Source of the DNA: Cyanophora paradoxa CCMP329
Lineage: Eukaryota > Plantae > Glaucophyta
DNA: 64,000 nt
Direction of reading: 5' to 3'
NCBI GenBank assembly: GCA_004431415.1
Contig: QPMI01000206.1
Coordinates: 1-64,000 of the forward strand
Below the pieces are notes generated by a model, which was given only the letters and a program-made list of their open reading frames with translations, did no database searches and was not told the origin of the DNA. This document shows, piece after piece, positions 19,531 through 30,900 of the stretch. The position numbers were made by a program, and so were the translations under genes. The number at the start of each line of letters is the position of its first letter. Position 1 is the stretch's first letter.

Positions 19531-19533
19531 GCT

Positions 19534-20818
19534 ACCGCTCGTACGAGACGTCCGCGACGCCTCGTACCCCGCGGGCGATGCACCCGCGCAGCGCCGAGGC
19601 CAGCTGCGAAGGGGAGTACCGGATTCAGCAGGGCGGTCGTCGGGGATTAGGCTGGAATCGGACCGCGGCCGGGTCGGTCCCCGCGAAGGATTCGAAGCAG
19701 AGGGCCGCGGGTTCGATTCCGGACGCGAGGATTTCCGTCACGAAGCCGTGGCCCCGTCCCTGCGTATGGAGCGTCGGCCTTGGTCAGCGGGGGAGAAGCG
19801 GGGGAGGGGTACGGTCTCGCCTGGACAGCCCCTTCGATCCGGCGCAGACTGGGGAGACTGGTCAGATGGGCAGGGGGATAGGGCGGGTAGCGCGCACTTT
19901 GGGAAGGCCGATCGGAGCATGCGTACCCCCTCGGCGTCCCCTAGGTCGACTGCGAGGTCGCCCCCCAGGCGGATCTCGGCGAGGTTCGAACCCGCGCCCG
20001 CGAAGGCCGCCGCGAGGGTCCGCGGGTCGTACCGCCCGTACCCCGCCCTGCGGCGAGCCACGGCTTTCAGGGTACGTCCCGGAATTTTCAAGATGGGGGC
20101 ACGCACTCTGTGGCGAGGGAGAGCTCGAGGGTCGTGAGGGCGGAGAGGTGGGCAAGGGAGCCGGAGCGGATGGTAGCGGGAGCCGCGGCGAGGAGGAGGG
20201 AGCGGATGGTAGCGGGAGCCGCGGCGAGGATGGGGCGCAGGTCGGATTCCCCCGCCTGCACCAGCTCCAGCCGGCGAAGCTGGGCGTGCCGTGGCCGCGC
20301 GAGCCACCTGGCCGCCGCGTCGGCGCTCGCGCTCCCGGCGCGCGCCCTGCGCGAGCCTGATCACGAGCGCCCCCGAAACATGGCGACGGCGTGCATGACG
20401 AATCTCACGCGCACGCGATGCGGAGCTCGGGCCAGGCGGAGGGATCCTCCGCGACGCGCCGCCACCGCCGGTCGACCACAGATGCCGCGTGCCGATCGGC
20501 CGGCGGCAGGAGGGAGAGAATGGAGAGTAGAAGGTCATCGGGGAGGGCGCAGGATGAGTCAGCGGCGGCCTCGAGACGCCGGCGCGGCTCCAGCTCTGCG
20601 AATGGGCTCGAGCTGGGCCCGGCCTGCTGCTGTTGCTCCGGAGGTGCGTGAGGTGGAACAAGCTTCGGAGCTGCTTGCACAAGCTGCTGCGAAACCGCCC
20701 CTCCTGCCGCGCTGCTACGTATAATGGCCGGCGCTGTCGAAGCGCGCACAAGTGGAGATGAGGGTCGAGCATGTGCGTACGTGCGCGCTCGGCGCAGATC
20801 GGAGCTGCTCGAGCCCAT
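19534..20818 (-). CDS. Host F-box protein (multi-exon), apparently interrupted at its 3' end by the viral insertion
   Basis: F-box ALPDDLLLSILSLLPPADRHAASVVDRRWRRVAEDPSAW. The last visible exon (LASALRGCIARGVRGVADVSYER) hits a TAG formed at the junction. Confidence 0.65.
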
Positions 20819-21018
20819 CGGGCCACATTAATATTCGGGTACACCCGAGTCAAGCTCAGTTCGTGTACCCGTTTCGGTGCGCGCTGCTTTCGGGGCGGCG
20901 GCGGGGCTCCCGGGGCTCCGGATAGGGTCTCGCGGCGAGAGAGGATACAGCGCGGCCTTTGAGCGCGCGAGCGCGTGGCTTGGCTGATTCGCGCTCCGCG
21001 GGTGCCGCGCAGGCAGCC

Positions 21019-21276
21019 ATGTCGAAGGTCACCTTCAAGATTACACTGACCTCGGACCCGAAGCTGCCCTACCGGGTCATCAGCGTGCCGGAGGAGGCGC
21101 CATTCACCGCCGTCCTCAAGTACGCCGCGGAGGAGTTCCGCGTGCCGGCGAACGACAGCGCCATCATCACGAACGACGGCGTCGGCATCAACCCCGCACA
21201 GAGCGCCGGCAACGTGTTTCTGAAGCACGGCTCTGAACTCCGCCTCATCCCCCGCGACAAGGTCGGCTGCGCATGA
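21019..21276 (+). CDS. UFM1: Ubiquitin-fold modifier 1
   Basis: [40 protein letters not shown]...[30 protein letters not shown]; a 3' splice site (CGCAG) lies in the 5' UTR. Confidence 0.98.
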   Translation: MSKVTFKITLTSDPKLPYRVISVPEEAPFTAVLKYAAEEFRVPANDSAIITNDGVGINPAQSAGNVFLKHGSELRLIPRDKVGCA

Positions 21277-21809
21277 CCGACCCGCCCGCGCGGCCTCGCC
21301 GCGGCCTCGACCTCTAGGAGGCCCTCCGCTCTTGCCGCTGTAGCTCGCGCGGAGCCCGCGCGGCCGCCTGTGAGTCCATTCAGATCAACGTGGTTTCCTA
21401 CTACTCGCGCCCCCGGCCTTGCCGCGCCGCCCGGGCCGCCCTCGCCTTTAGCTATGGAATCCGAGCGGGCGTTATGGCACAAGCAGTTTGGCGGCGGCGC
21501 GCCTCGCGCCCCGCTCGGGCACGCGCTCAGCGCTTCGCATGCTCGCACTTGGCCCTCGCTTCGAAGCGTGGGGCAGCGTGGGCGACCGTCATCCAGTGCC
21601 CCTCGAGCTCAGCTTTCTAGTCTTTAGCACTCCGGCCCCGCTAGGAATGTGACATGGTCCGGGGCGTTCGAATTCGCGGCAGCCCGGCTGGCCATGCATA
21701 TGGGCGCCTGCCCGGCTGGTGGGCAACTGGCTCTGCCTTTGAAAGAAGAACCTAGGGAACTGGCTAGAGGGATGGGGGCGGGGCGGGGAGCTGCGGGCCT
21801 GCGCTGTAG

Positions 21810-22576
21810 CTAGCTGAGGAAGCGGAAGGTGTCGCTGACTATGAACCACGAGTTCTCCTGCATCAGAATGAAGTTCTGGGAGAAGCGGTGCGATTCGACC
21901 TCGGCGTAGGTCACCGTGCCGAGCACCGTCACCAGCAGCTTGCTCCCCGTCGGCTGCTGGTTGCCGTCTGCGGCACGAGAGGGAGCGGGGTCAGCGGCGG
22001 CGACGCGCGGGGTTCCCGTCGAGCGGTGGCCCGCGCCAGGCGGCGGCTAGTGCGCCCGCAAGAGGCCTAAGCGCGGACAGGGAGCGCTCGCCTGGCAGCG
22101 GCTGGCAGTCCATGGATAGGGCCTCGTGCCTCGAGAGCGGTAGCGAGGCGAAGAACTGGCTCAGCGCCGCCAGCCCGCCCTGATTCCTGTTACCGTTCCA
22201 TACTACCACGGAGTCCTCTTTGTAAAACTGGTGTGCATTCTGCGCGGCAGCGCGTCGGCGGCGTTCGGGATGGGAAGCGCGGCGGCAGAAGCGACAGAGC
22301 CCGCGCAGGCTGCGCACTTGTCGGTCGCTATCTAGTATCTTGTAGTACGAATCCTGCGACCGGTCGGACGATGCGTGAGCGCTGGCAGGCGCAGCTCGGC
22401 GCGGCATCAGCCGCACGATGAAGTGGATCCCAACGTTTGCGCAGTTGATCACGACCGCTCTATTCTGCGCGTGGACACTCGTCAGCTCGCCGCGGGCCGG
22501 TGCGTAGCGGTCGGACGCCTGCGGTCGAGCGGCCCGCGCCGGAGATTCGCGGCCTCACCGCGTTCGACTGCATCAT
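21810..22576 (-). CDS. NXT1: NTF2-related export protein (NXT1/p15), about 5 exons
   Basis: Spliced product ...HFIDSYYKILDSDRQ/NAHQFYKEDSVVVWNGN...FFASLPLSRHEALSMDCQPLP/...LLVTVLGTVTY...FSQNFIL...WFIVSDTFRFLS*. Confidence 0.85.
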
Positions 22577-22826
22577 CTCCGCCTGCGAGTTGCCTCCAAG
22601 ATCGCGTGCAACCCGGGCTGATCTGAGGCGCTCTGTCTGACAGTCTTCTTGAAACCGGGGTACGCGCGCCGATTTGCCTTCACAGTTGGCGGGCTCCAGT
22701 GCTGGGCTTAAGCTTCAATATTAATTGCAATCTGCACGTCGCCGCCGCAGTACTTGCACCATGCCGACGTCGCGATCGCTACTTCGACACTCGTACTGGA
22801 TTCTGATCAAGGAGCAGTTCGAGGGA

Positions 22827-25800
22827 CTAGATCTGCCGTACAGAAAGTCTAGATCTACTAGGGGGTCTACTAGCACTCGGGCGAGTCGTGCAGACCCGTG
22901 CCCCGGAAGGAAGGGGGCGGCGGCGGCCGGGCAGGGCCCTAGCCCTGGCGGGAGTCGAAAGAGAAGGATCGGGCGCGGGGGGGCGGGGCCGAAGGGGAGA
23001 CGCGCCCGGGGACCGGCTGCAGCTCGCCAGCGCCGACGCCGGCCTCCGCCCTCGGGCTGCCCGTGTGCAGGAACGACGCCGAGCGCGAGCTGGGGTACAT
23101 GCCGGCCAGGGAGGCCCGGCGGTTGAGGACCGGGCCGGGGGGCGGCCCTGGAGGCGCGTCAGCGGGGGCAGAGGGAAGCGGAGAAGGCGAACGGGCACGG
23201 ACCGTCGATGGTGACGATGGGAAGGGCCGAGACGGAGGCGGGGTCTGCCGCGCGATCAGGTCGCGCGTGCGGAGGGGGGTACAGCCGAGAGCGGGGCGCA
23301 CGGGGGGGTACGCTGAAGGAGAGGATGGACCCGGGGCGGGAGACGGCGGCGGAGACGGAGCCGCGCCGCGAGGTCCGCCGCGAGGAGATCTCGCTGCCCG
23401 CCCCGTCAGAGGCGGCGCGGGGGCCGGGCCGGCGGGCGCGCGGGGGGCCGCCGCACCTGTCGCGCTCGTCCCCCTCCTGCACCGCCTCGAGGGGCTCCTG
23501 GGGGTACGGGGTCATCGGGGCCGAGAAGGGGGCGGGGGGTGCTGGGGGGCGGACGGGGAGGTCGCCGATGTCGGCCTCGTCCTCGCTGGCCCCCGCCTCG
23601 TCCCCGCTCGACTCCCCGAGCTTGGCCGAGTCCGCGATGGACGAGCGCCGGCTCACCGCCCGCGAGAGCGCCGCGAACACGCCCTGCAGCGGTGCCCCGA
23701 ATCAGAGTCAAGAGGGGGGCGTGGGAGGGGGGGAGGGGGGGGGGGGGGGAACGGGCGAACCGCTGCGACGCCGGAGGAGCCGGCGGAGAGGGAGCGGGGG
23801 AGGGTACCCATCCTGCCCGACGCCGACCGCACCATCTGCGAAGGGGGTAGAGGTCAGCCGGGGCGGGGCGCGCGCGGGCGGGCTGGGACTCGCCTTGCCG
23901 AGGCGGCCGGAGGAGGAGCGGGCGAGCTGCATCCAGCGGCCGCTCGGGGAGCGCACGAGGTGCACGGCGTGCTTCTCGCCCGCTTCCGCCGGCCCGTCGG
24001 CCTCGGCCGCGTGCTCGGCCGCCGGCGCCGGCCCGCGCGGCGAGGCGCCCGTCAGCGCCGACGAGAGGAGAGAGAAGAAGGACCTGCGGCGGCTCGGTCC
24101 GCGGGTGCGAGAGAAGGCGGGGGAGGGTGCGGGCTCACTGAGGGGCGGAGGCGGGGTCGGGGACGGAGGGGTCGGAGGGGGCGGCCTTGGGGTTGGCCAG
24201 CGACTGCCGCCGGGGGGTGATGAGCGCCGGGGGTATGCCGCCGAGCGAGTCGCGCCGCTGGTCTGTGTACGAGGGCCTGCGGGCCCCGGGGGGCGCCTGC
24301 TGCCCGGGGTACACCCCGTTCTGCGGCCAGGCCTTGGCCTTGAAGCTCGGGACCCGCGACGTGGGATGGTGCGTCGGGAGGCCCTGCGCCGTTTCGAACC
24401 GGAGGAAGGCGGGGGGGAGGAGGGGAAGCGGGGGTACGGCACCCTGGAGGCGGCGCGGCGGTAGTAGAGGGCGAGGGTGGCGCCGGAGACGAGGCAGGCG
24501 AGGAAGGAGAGCCCGGCGAGGGTCCCCGGCGAGGGGCCCCCGGAGGGGGGCGCCGGAGGTGGATGAGGCACTGGGGGAGGGGCGGCGGCGGGGGCGGCGG
24601 GGGCGGGGGCGGGGGCGGCGGGGGCCGGGGGCGGGAAGGCCGGATGGGGCTCCGGGGCCGCGTGATGGTGCGGGGTACGGTGCCGCTCCGCTCGCTCCGG
24701 AGGAGGGGGAGGGTCCTCGTGCTTGTGCTGCGAAAGGGGGGGTACAGGTTTCTCTCGGTTTCGGGGCGGGGCGGCAAGCGGCGGGTACGCTCCCACCTCG
24801 ATGGCGGGAACGCAGGTCGCCTTCTTGTCGGAGTGCGACCGGTAGCAGGTCTGGGGGGTACGCGCGCGTTGGCGAAGGAGCGGAGAGGGGGTGGCAAAGT
24901 GGGGTACCTCGATGACGGTGAGGCGGCGGACGCCGCCGAAGCGGGGGACGGGGGGGGAGAGGCGCAGGCCGGCGGCGAGGGAGGCGAGGGACGTCGAGGA
25001 GTACTCCTCCTGCGCGGGCTCGGCCTGAGCTGGGGTCCGGGAGACATCGCGTGGGGCGCGGGGCGGACGGTGACGCGGCCGACGAGGGTGACGACGTCGG
25101 CGCGCGTCGGGTGCGCCTGCGGGGCGCCCTCGGCCGGGGGCGGGGGCGGGGGGCGGGGCGGGGCGGGGACCTTGGCGGCGGAGACGGCGAAGCGGGCGGA
25201 GTGGCCGACGAGGCCGCCAAGCCACGCGGCCGCCACGCCGAGCAGGCCCCGCGACGACGACCTGGCCCCGCCCTCAGCCGCCGCCGGCCCCGGGGCGGGG
25301 GAGCGGGCGGGCGAGGGGCGGGCGCGCCATGCGACGGCGAGGACGGGCGAGCCGGAGGCGCTGTCGGCGTCGGGGCGGGTGCTGGGGCAGAGTTCGATGG
25401 AGACCGTGAAGGCGCCCGCGGAGGAGCCTGGGGGCGCGTCAGCCGGGCGGGCCGGGCGGGCCGGGCGGGTGCGGGGGCGGGGCCGCACGGCGGGCCCGGG
25501 GCTGGACGGCGTGGTGGAAGGCCGGCTCGTGCTCGTGCGGGCTGCCCCGCAGCGTGAGGTGGAAGGAGCCCGGGACGGCCCCGATGTAGGCGTGCGCGGA
25601 GGAGACGGAGAGGGTGTAGGGCCCCGGCGCCAGCTCCCGCTCGAGCGTCGACGCGAGGGGCGACGACGTGCAGCGCGCGTCGTCGTCCCCCGCCGCGTTC
25701 GCCTCCTCCGCCGTCGCTGTCGCCAGCGGCGACGGCCGCTCCGCCGGCGCCGTCGGGTCGATCCCGGGCCACCTGCGGGAGGGGCGTCGGCGCCGCGCTG

Positions 25801-26341
25801 CAATGAGGGCGCGCGCCGGAGGGGTCCGCACAGCAGGATCAGCGTGTCTGCGTCGCGCGGGAGTCGGTAAGAGGCGGCGACGGTGGCGGCGCGGCCGGCG
25901 CGCGCACCGAAGGTTGTCGCCGGGTTGCACGTCGTCGCTGCGCGGCACGGCGGCAACGTCAGAGGGGGTGCGCGGACGGGCAGGGCGGGGCCGACGGGGC
26001 GCTGGCGCGCCTCTGAAGGAGATGCTGGCCTCGGAGTCGGGTACGACGAAGGAGTAGAGGAGCGGGCCCGTGTGCGCGTCAATCGTGTCCTCGAGGACGA
26101 GCGCCGTCCGCGAGCCCAGGTCGCCCAGCGGCGTTATCGGCACGTCCAGCGAGCAGCGCGGGTGCTCGAAGTACTCTCCCGGCCGCCGCGCTGCGCGCCG
26201 GGACGCGTCGACCGGATTCGGAGGGTGATGCGGCGCGATCCGGCGCGGTGCGTTACCTTCGCAGCTTTCGGCGGCGGGCGCGAGGCAGCACAGTAACACC
26301 AGCAGTGCCGCTAGCGTGTGCCATCTCCTTCGCGCCCGCAT
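22827..26341 (-). CDS. Single-pass membrane protein with signal peptide and PPC-like beta-sandwich; multi-exon (paralogue of 50582)
   Basis: Signal MRARRRWHTLAALLVLLCCLAPAAES; DTLILL...GDDDARC...ASTLERELAPGPYTLSVSS; TM GTLAGLSFLACLVSGATLALYY; Ser/Arg-rich tail. The 3' end is approximate. Confidence 0.6.
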
Positions 26342-26718
26342 CGCCCGCTCCCGCTGGGCCCGCGACCGTACGACCTCCGGCCGGCTGCTGCTCCTGGCGG
26401 CTGCGATTGGCTCGCGTCGGTACAGATGTAGACGACGCAGCGAGCTGACCGCACGAGGCTGACGGGACCGCAGGCCTCCGTCCGAGCGTTTTGTGGAGCT
26501 TCTTTCGCAGCTCCTTGTACCCTGGCGCCGGTTAGATGCAGTCATCCGCAGCGCAGAGCGAATGCATATGCGGCAGCGAAGAGAGCGCTGCAGCTGCAGG
26601 CTCGCCCTATTCAGGGCCAGCGACCCCTCTTAGATCTGGGGATATATAGCTTGTATAAAAGCTGCAGCATGTTTAGCTCTAGATCTACGCTCGTTGTCTG
26701 CACGTTTAATGAGAGCGC

Positions 26719-26948
26719 GAAAGTTGAGGTTTGATGGACGAAAGTTGAGGTTTGATGGACGAAAGTTGGACGAAAGTACTAGTTGGACGAAAGTACTAGT
26801 TGGACGAAAGTTCAACGGTTGGACGAAAGTTGGACGAAAGTACTAGTTGGACGAAAGTTGGACGAAAGTTGGACGAAAGTTGGACGAAAGTTGGACGAAA
26901 GTTGGACGAAAGTTGGACGAAAGTTGGACGAAAGTACTAGTTGGACGG
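26719..26948. repeat. Intergenic minisatellite of 11-bp TTGGACGAAAG units with TACTAG-insert variants
   Basis: Read directly; about 17 units. Confidence 0.92.
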
Positions 26949-27957
26949 TATCCATCCAAGGATTCCTGGCAAATTTCCTGCGCAATTTCCTGGCCGACCG
27001 AAGCTGCTCCGGCGGTGGATGGCGGGCTGGGCGCCCCTCGTGGTCCAATCCCACGAACTGGAGCCCCGAAGTTGAGATCCGTCTAGCTTGTAGACGTTCT
27101 GTCTGCAGCCTGCATGTTTCTCGAAGTACAGCGACCCCTCCGGCATCGGGCAGCGGGCGCCGTCTCTGGGCGCTCGGGAGCGACGAGGCCGGCTTCGGCG
27201 GGTAGAGGGAACCGAGAATCAAACAGGAGGCCTGAAGCCCCGCGACCCGCGTCGGCGCGCGCAGCGTTTGCTTCTCCCGGGGCCGCGGCTGCAGGTTCCT
27301 GCGCGATCCCATCATACCCGCGCTTCATTCCGTTCACACGTACGCGCAGCTGCGGCGTCGCCCGCTCGGCCCGCCGCCCCCCACGCTCGGCCCGCGGCCG
27401 GGTCGCCGGCGAGCTCGAGCGCTAGCGCCAGCGCGCGCCCCGCAACAGCTGCAGCGGGACGCGCGCCAGCACCAGCGCAGGGAGCTCGGCCCTCGGCGAG
27501 TGGGAGCTCGAGCGCTCCGCAGCGTCCGCGGACGTCCGGCCGGGCCCTTCGAATTCGCGCCCCGCCTCAGCGAGCGCTGCAGCTGCCGGGGCGGGGCGCG
27601 CTTCTGTGTCTGCGTCGACGCGCGGCGCGCCGGCTTCGGCTGCGCGGGCCCCGCCTCCGGCGCGGGCGAGCGCGGCGGGGCGGCTGCGTCGGCGGCGGCG
27701 GCCGCGCCCGCCCAGCCCGCCCATCCCGCCCCAGCGACCGCGTCGGGACCGCGCCCGCGCCCGGCTTCGGCGCGCGGGAGCGCCCCCGCGCCTGCCCGTG
27801 GGACCCGCACTGCCTCCTACGCTCGTGTGGCCGGCACGGCCCGTCCCGCCTCGTCCACCGCCCGCCCGCCGTCCTCGCGAGGGGCCCGGGCCCGGCGGCG
27901 GGCACGGGAGCCGCCCGCCTTCGCCGGCGCCGGCGAGGCGGGCGGCGGACCCGCAGC

Positions 27958-30900
27958 TGGGCTCGCCGCTGGCGCGGCTCCCCGACGAGCTCCTCCTCCG
28001 CGTCCTCCACGCCCTCGGGGCCCGCGACGCCTGGCTCCGGTGCCCGCCCGCCCCCCCCCCCCCCCCCCACCCCCCTCCCCCCCCCCCCCCCCCCCCGCCC
28101 GCCCGCCCCCTGAGCCCCCTGAGCCATCTGAGCGTCCGACGCCGTCCTCGAAAGGGCGCGCCTCTGGACGGTCTGCCGCCGCCTCAGCACCGTCCTCTCC
28201 CGGGTTCGAATCCGATCGCGTCCTTAAGACCGCCGCGCCCCGGGCCGGGCCGGACTCGAACCCCGGGACGATGACGCCCTCCCTCATGCAGGCGGTGTGG
28301 CCCGTGTTGGACCTGGGGCACGAGTTCCCCGAGGCCTTTGGCTCCTCCGCCCGCGCCGCGGCCCTCTTCCGCGCCCTGCGCTCCGCCCGCCTCAAGTGTC
28401 CGCCCCGCCCCGCCCCGCCCCCGCGCGCGCCTCTGTGATTTTACGTGGCCGACGTCGGGGCGCCCAGGCTCAAAGCTCGTGCTGGACACGACGCCCTTCG
28501 ACAGGGTACCGCGAAGCGTCCCGGGGCCCTTTTCTTCTTACCCCCGCCTCGGGAGCGACGTTTTTCGCCGCAGCGGTTCGTCGAGGACGAGAGCGTGCGT
28601 CTGCTGGTCGAGCGGAGGCGCGAGGTGCCCCCAGCCCTCCCCTCTCTCCTGGATCCGGATTCCTCTGGGTCCGAACCCGGGCGCGGCAGGTGGGCACCCT
28701 TCCCCCCGAGTTCTGGACGGCCCCTCAGGTGAGCACATCCCCTCCGAACCCCTCCCCGCTAGCTACAGAGAGCGGGTCGGGTTGAAGAGGGCGTAAGCCT
28801 TCTCTCACCGCGCCGGGGGCCGGGGCGTCTACGCCCAAAGCACACCGAACGAATCCCAGTCGTCGTTCCTCACGCGGGCGGGGGCAGGAGGGCCCGCGGC
28901 TGGGCGCCCTCGCCGGCCTCGCCGGCCCCCTCGAGGCCCTCGAGGCAGGCCCCGCCCCCCCGCCCTCCACTCCCCGCGCGCCCCCCTGACACCCCCCGCC
29001 GGTGAGCCACGGGCCCATCGGCTTCCACTGGTCCCGCGCGTGCGCCCGCCCCCCGCGCGCGAGCCGGCGAGCGAGCGCGGGGTCCGGGCCGACGCGGCGG
29101 CGCAAGGTACGGCTGGATCGAGGCGGACGTGGGGAAGCGCCCCTTCAACGCGTACGCGCGGGCGGCGCTGGCGGCGCTGGCGCCCCTCGGGGCCCGCCTC
29201 GCCGACCTCAGCCTCGACTTCGCTTACGGTGCCCCGCGCGGCCCCGCCCCGCCCCGCCGCCCCCGAGGGGGCCCCGGCTCCTCGCGCGCGTAGCACCTCC
29301 TCCTCCGCTCGATACCACGACCTCCTCCCCCGTCGTGTACCCCGGCCGCCCGCCGACGCGGGGCGGGGCGTGCAGAAGCGTACGCGCGCCCGCGGCCGGA
29401 GGAGGACCGCTGGGATCACTTCGCCGACGCCCTCCGCCCCTTCCCCGCCCTCCGCCGGCCCGCTCCGCCCCGCTTCGCGCCCCTCTCTCAGTTTTCGAGT
29501 CGCCTGAAGGGCGTGCAGGCTCTGCGTGGGGCCCGTGTGGTTCGCCGAGGCGGGGAGGGGATCCCCCGACACCGCGCCCCTCCCCCAAGTCAAGGTCCCG
29601 GCCCGGGCCACGCCCGCCCATCGACGCCACTGACGGGCCTCGGCCGGCATCAGGTTCTGCGGCTCGCTTCCGGCTCGATCGACGGCCCGACCCTCGCCCG
29701 CACCTTCCCAAACCTCGAGGCGCGCCCCCTTAGAAGCTAGGGATACATCGACGCCGCTCGCCTCGCCGCCTCCCCGCGCATTCCTCTCATTGCCGCCTTT
29801 GATTTGATTCCCCCTGCGCAGGAGTTCGCCCTCCTCTGCTTCCTGCGCCTCAACGGCAGCGCCGAGGTGCGCGCCGCGCCGGCTGTCCCCAGGCGCTTGA
29901 TTCCGACGGCGCCCCGTCCCGCCCCGCCCCGCCCCGCCCCGCGGCAGCTCGGCCCCGCCTTCTTCGAGGCCCTGGCGCCCCTCGGCCTCCGCCGCCTCGG
30001 TCCGCCCCCGCCCCCGCCGTCCCCGCCCCCGCCCCCGGCTCACGGGACGGGCCCCAGAGCTGGACTGCGACCGCTGGGGCTGGCTCAAGCTGGCCCCGGG
30101 CTCCCTCGCCGCCCTCGCGAAGGTACCCCCCTCCACCCCCCGCCCCCCCCAGGCTGCGGACGCGGCGCGGCAGGCCCTCCCGGGGCTCGAAGCGCTCCTC
30201 GTCGGGTGCCCGCCGGCTTTCCTTCGCTTTGCTCTGCTTTTGCCTTTGCTCAGGGGCCGGGCGGGGGCAGAGACTGGGTGCTGGGCGGGAGCGTGGCGCC
30301 CGAGCTCCCCGACCTGCGCCACATGGCCCGCCCGCCCCGCCGCGCCGCGCCCCGCCCCGCTGGAGGCTGACGGGCGGGCGGGGGCGCCCGCGCTGCAGAG
30401 GAACCTGACGGAGCTGGACCTGAAGGAGCCGCTCTGGCCCTGCGCCGCCCTCGCCGACCAGGTTCCCGGCCCCCGCAGCCGCAGCCGCAGCCGCCGCCGC
30501 CTCGATCTGACGCCCGCCGGCCCCGCCGCGCTTCTGGACCTTCCCGCAGGTGGCGGCCGTCTGCTCGCTGCGGGCGCTGCGGGCGCTGCGGCTGCGGTTC
30601 ATGGCGGGGCCCAGGCGGCCCCCCCGTGCGCCCCCCGCCCCAGGCCCCAGCGCGAGGTCGAGGCGGGCGGGGCGGGACGGGGCGCAGGGTCGGGGAGGTG
30701 GAGGGGACGGGGAGGCGCGGGTGCGGCCCGGGGCGCTGCCCCTCCTCGCGGACCTCGAACTCGCCATCCTCCGCTACCGGCCCGCCCCGCCCCGCCCACC
30801 CCGCCCAGGCCTCCGGCGCCCCGGGGCGTCTCACCCCGCGCGCGCTCCAGGCCGCCCTTCGAGCGGTACAGGGACATGCTCCTCCCGGACGCCTCCTGCG

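Larger units (their letters stand above)
1..19533. mobile_element. Endogenous Polinton-like virus / Maverick-type element (right part; left end lies outside the window)
   Basis: AT-rich intronless block with MCP, two minor capsid genes, A32 ATPase, pPolB and rve integrase. Abrupt switch to very GC-rich host DNA at ~19531-19534. The terminus ...GTGTGGCT fits the 5'-AG...CT-3' ends of Polintons. Confidence 0.95.

Noticed and set aside
1-19533. Bacterial prophage or contaminant contig
   Set aside because: The gene set is Polinton/PLV-type with an rve integrase, and the structured terminus joins directly to a eukaryotic exon.
26719-26948. Telomeric repeat, or a host copy of the viral AAGTTGAC iteron
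   Set aside because: Internal position and a unit unlike known telomeres; the match to the viral motif is only 6-7 nt.
28050-28096. Long poly-C/poly-G runs (also 23724-23749, 33720-33747, 60580-60597) as G-quadruplex elements
   Set aside because: Lengths are unreliable in homopolymers and such runs are expected in these GC-rich introns; no independent support.
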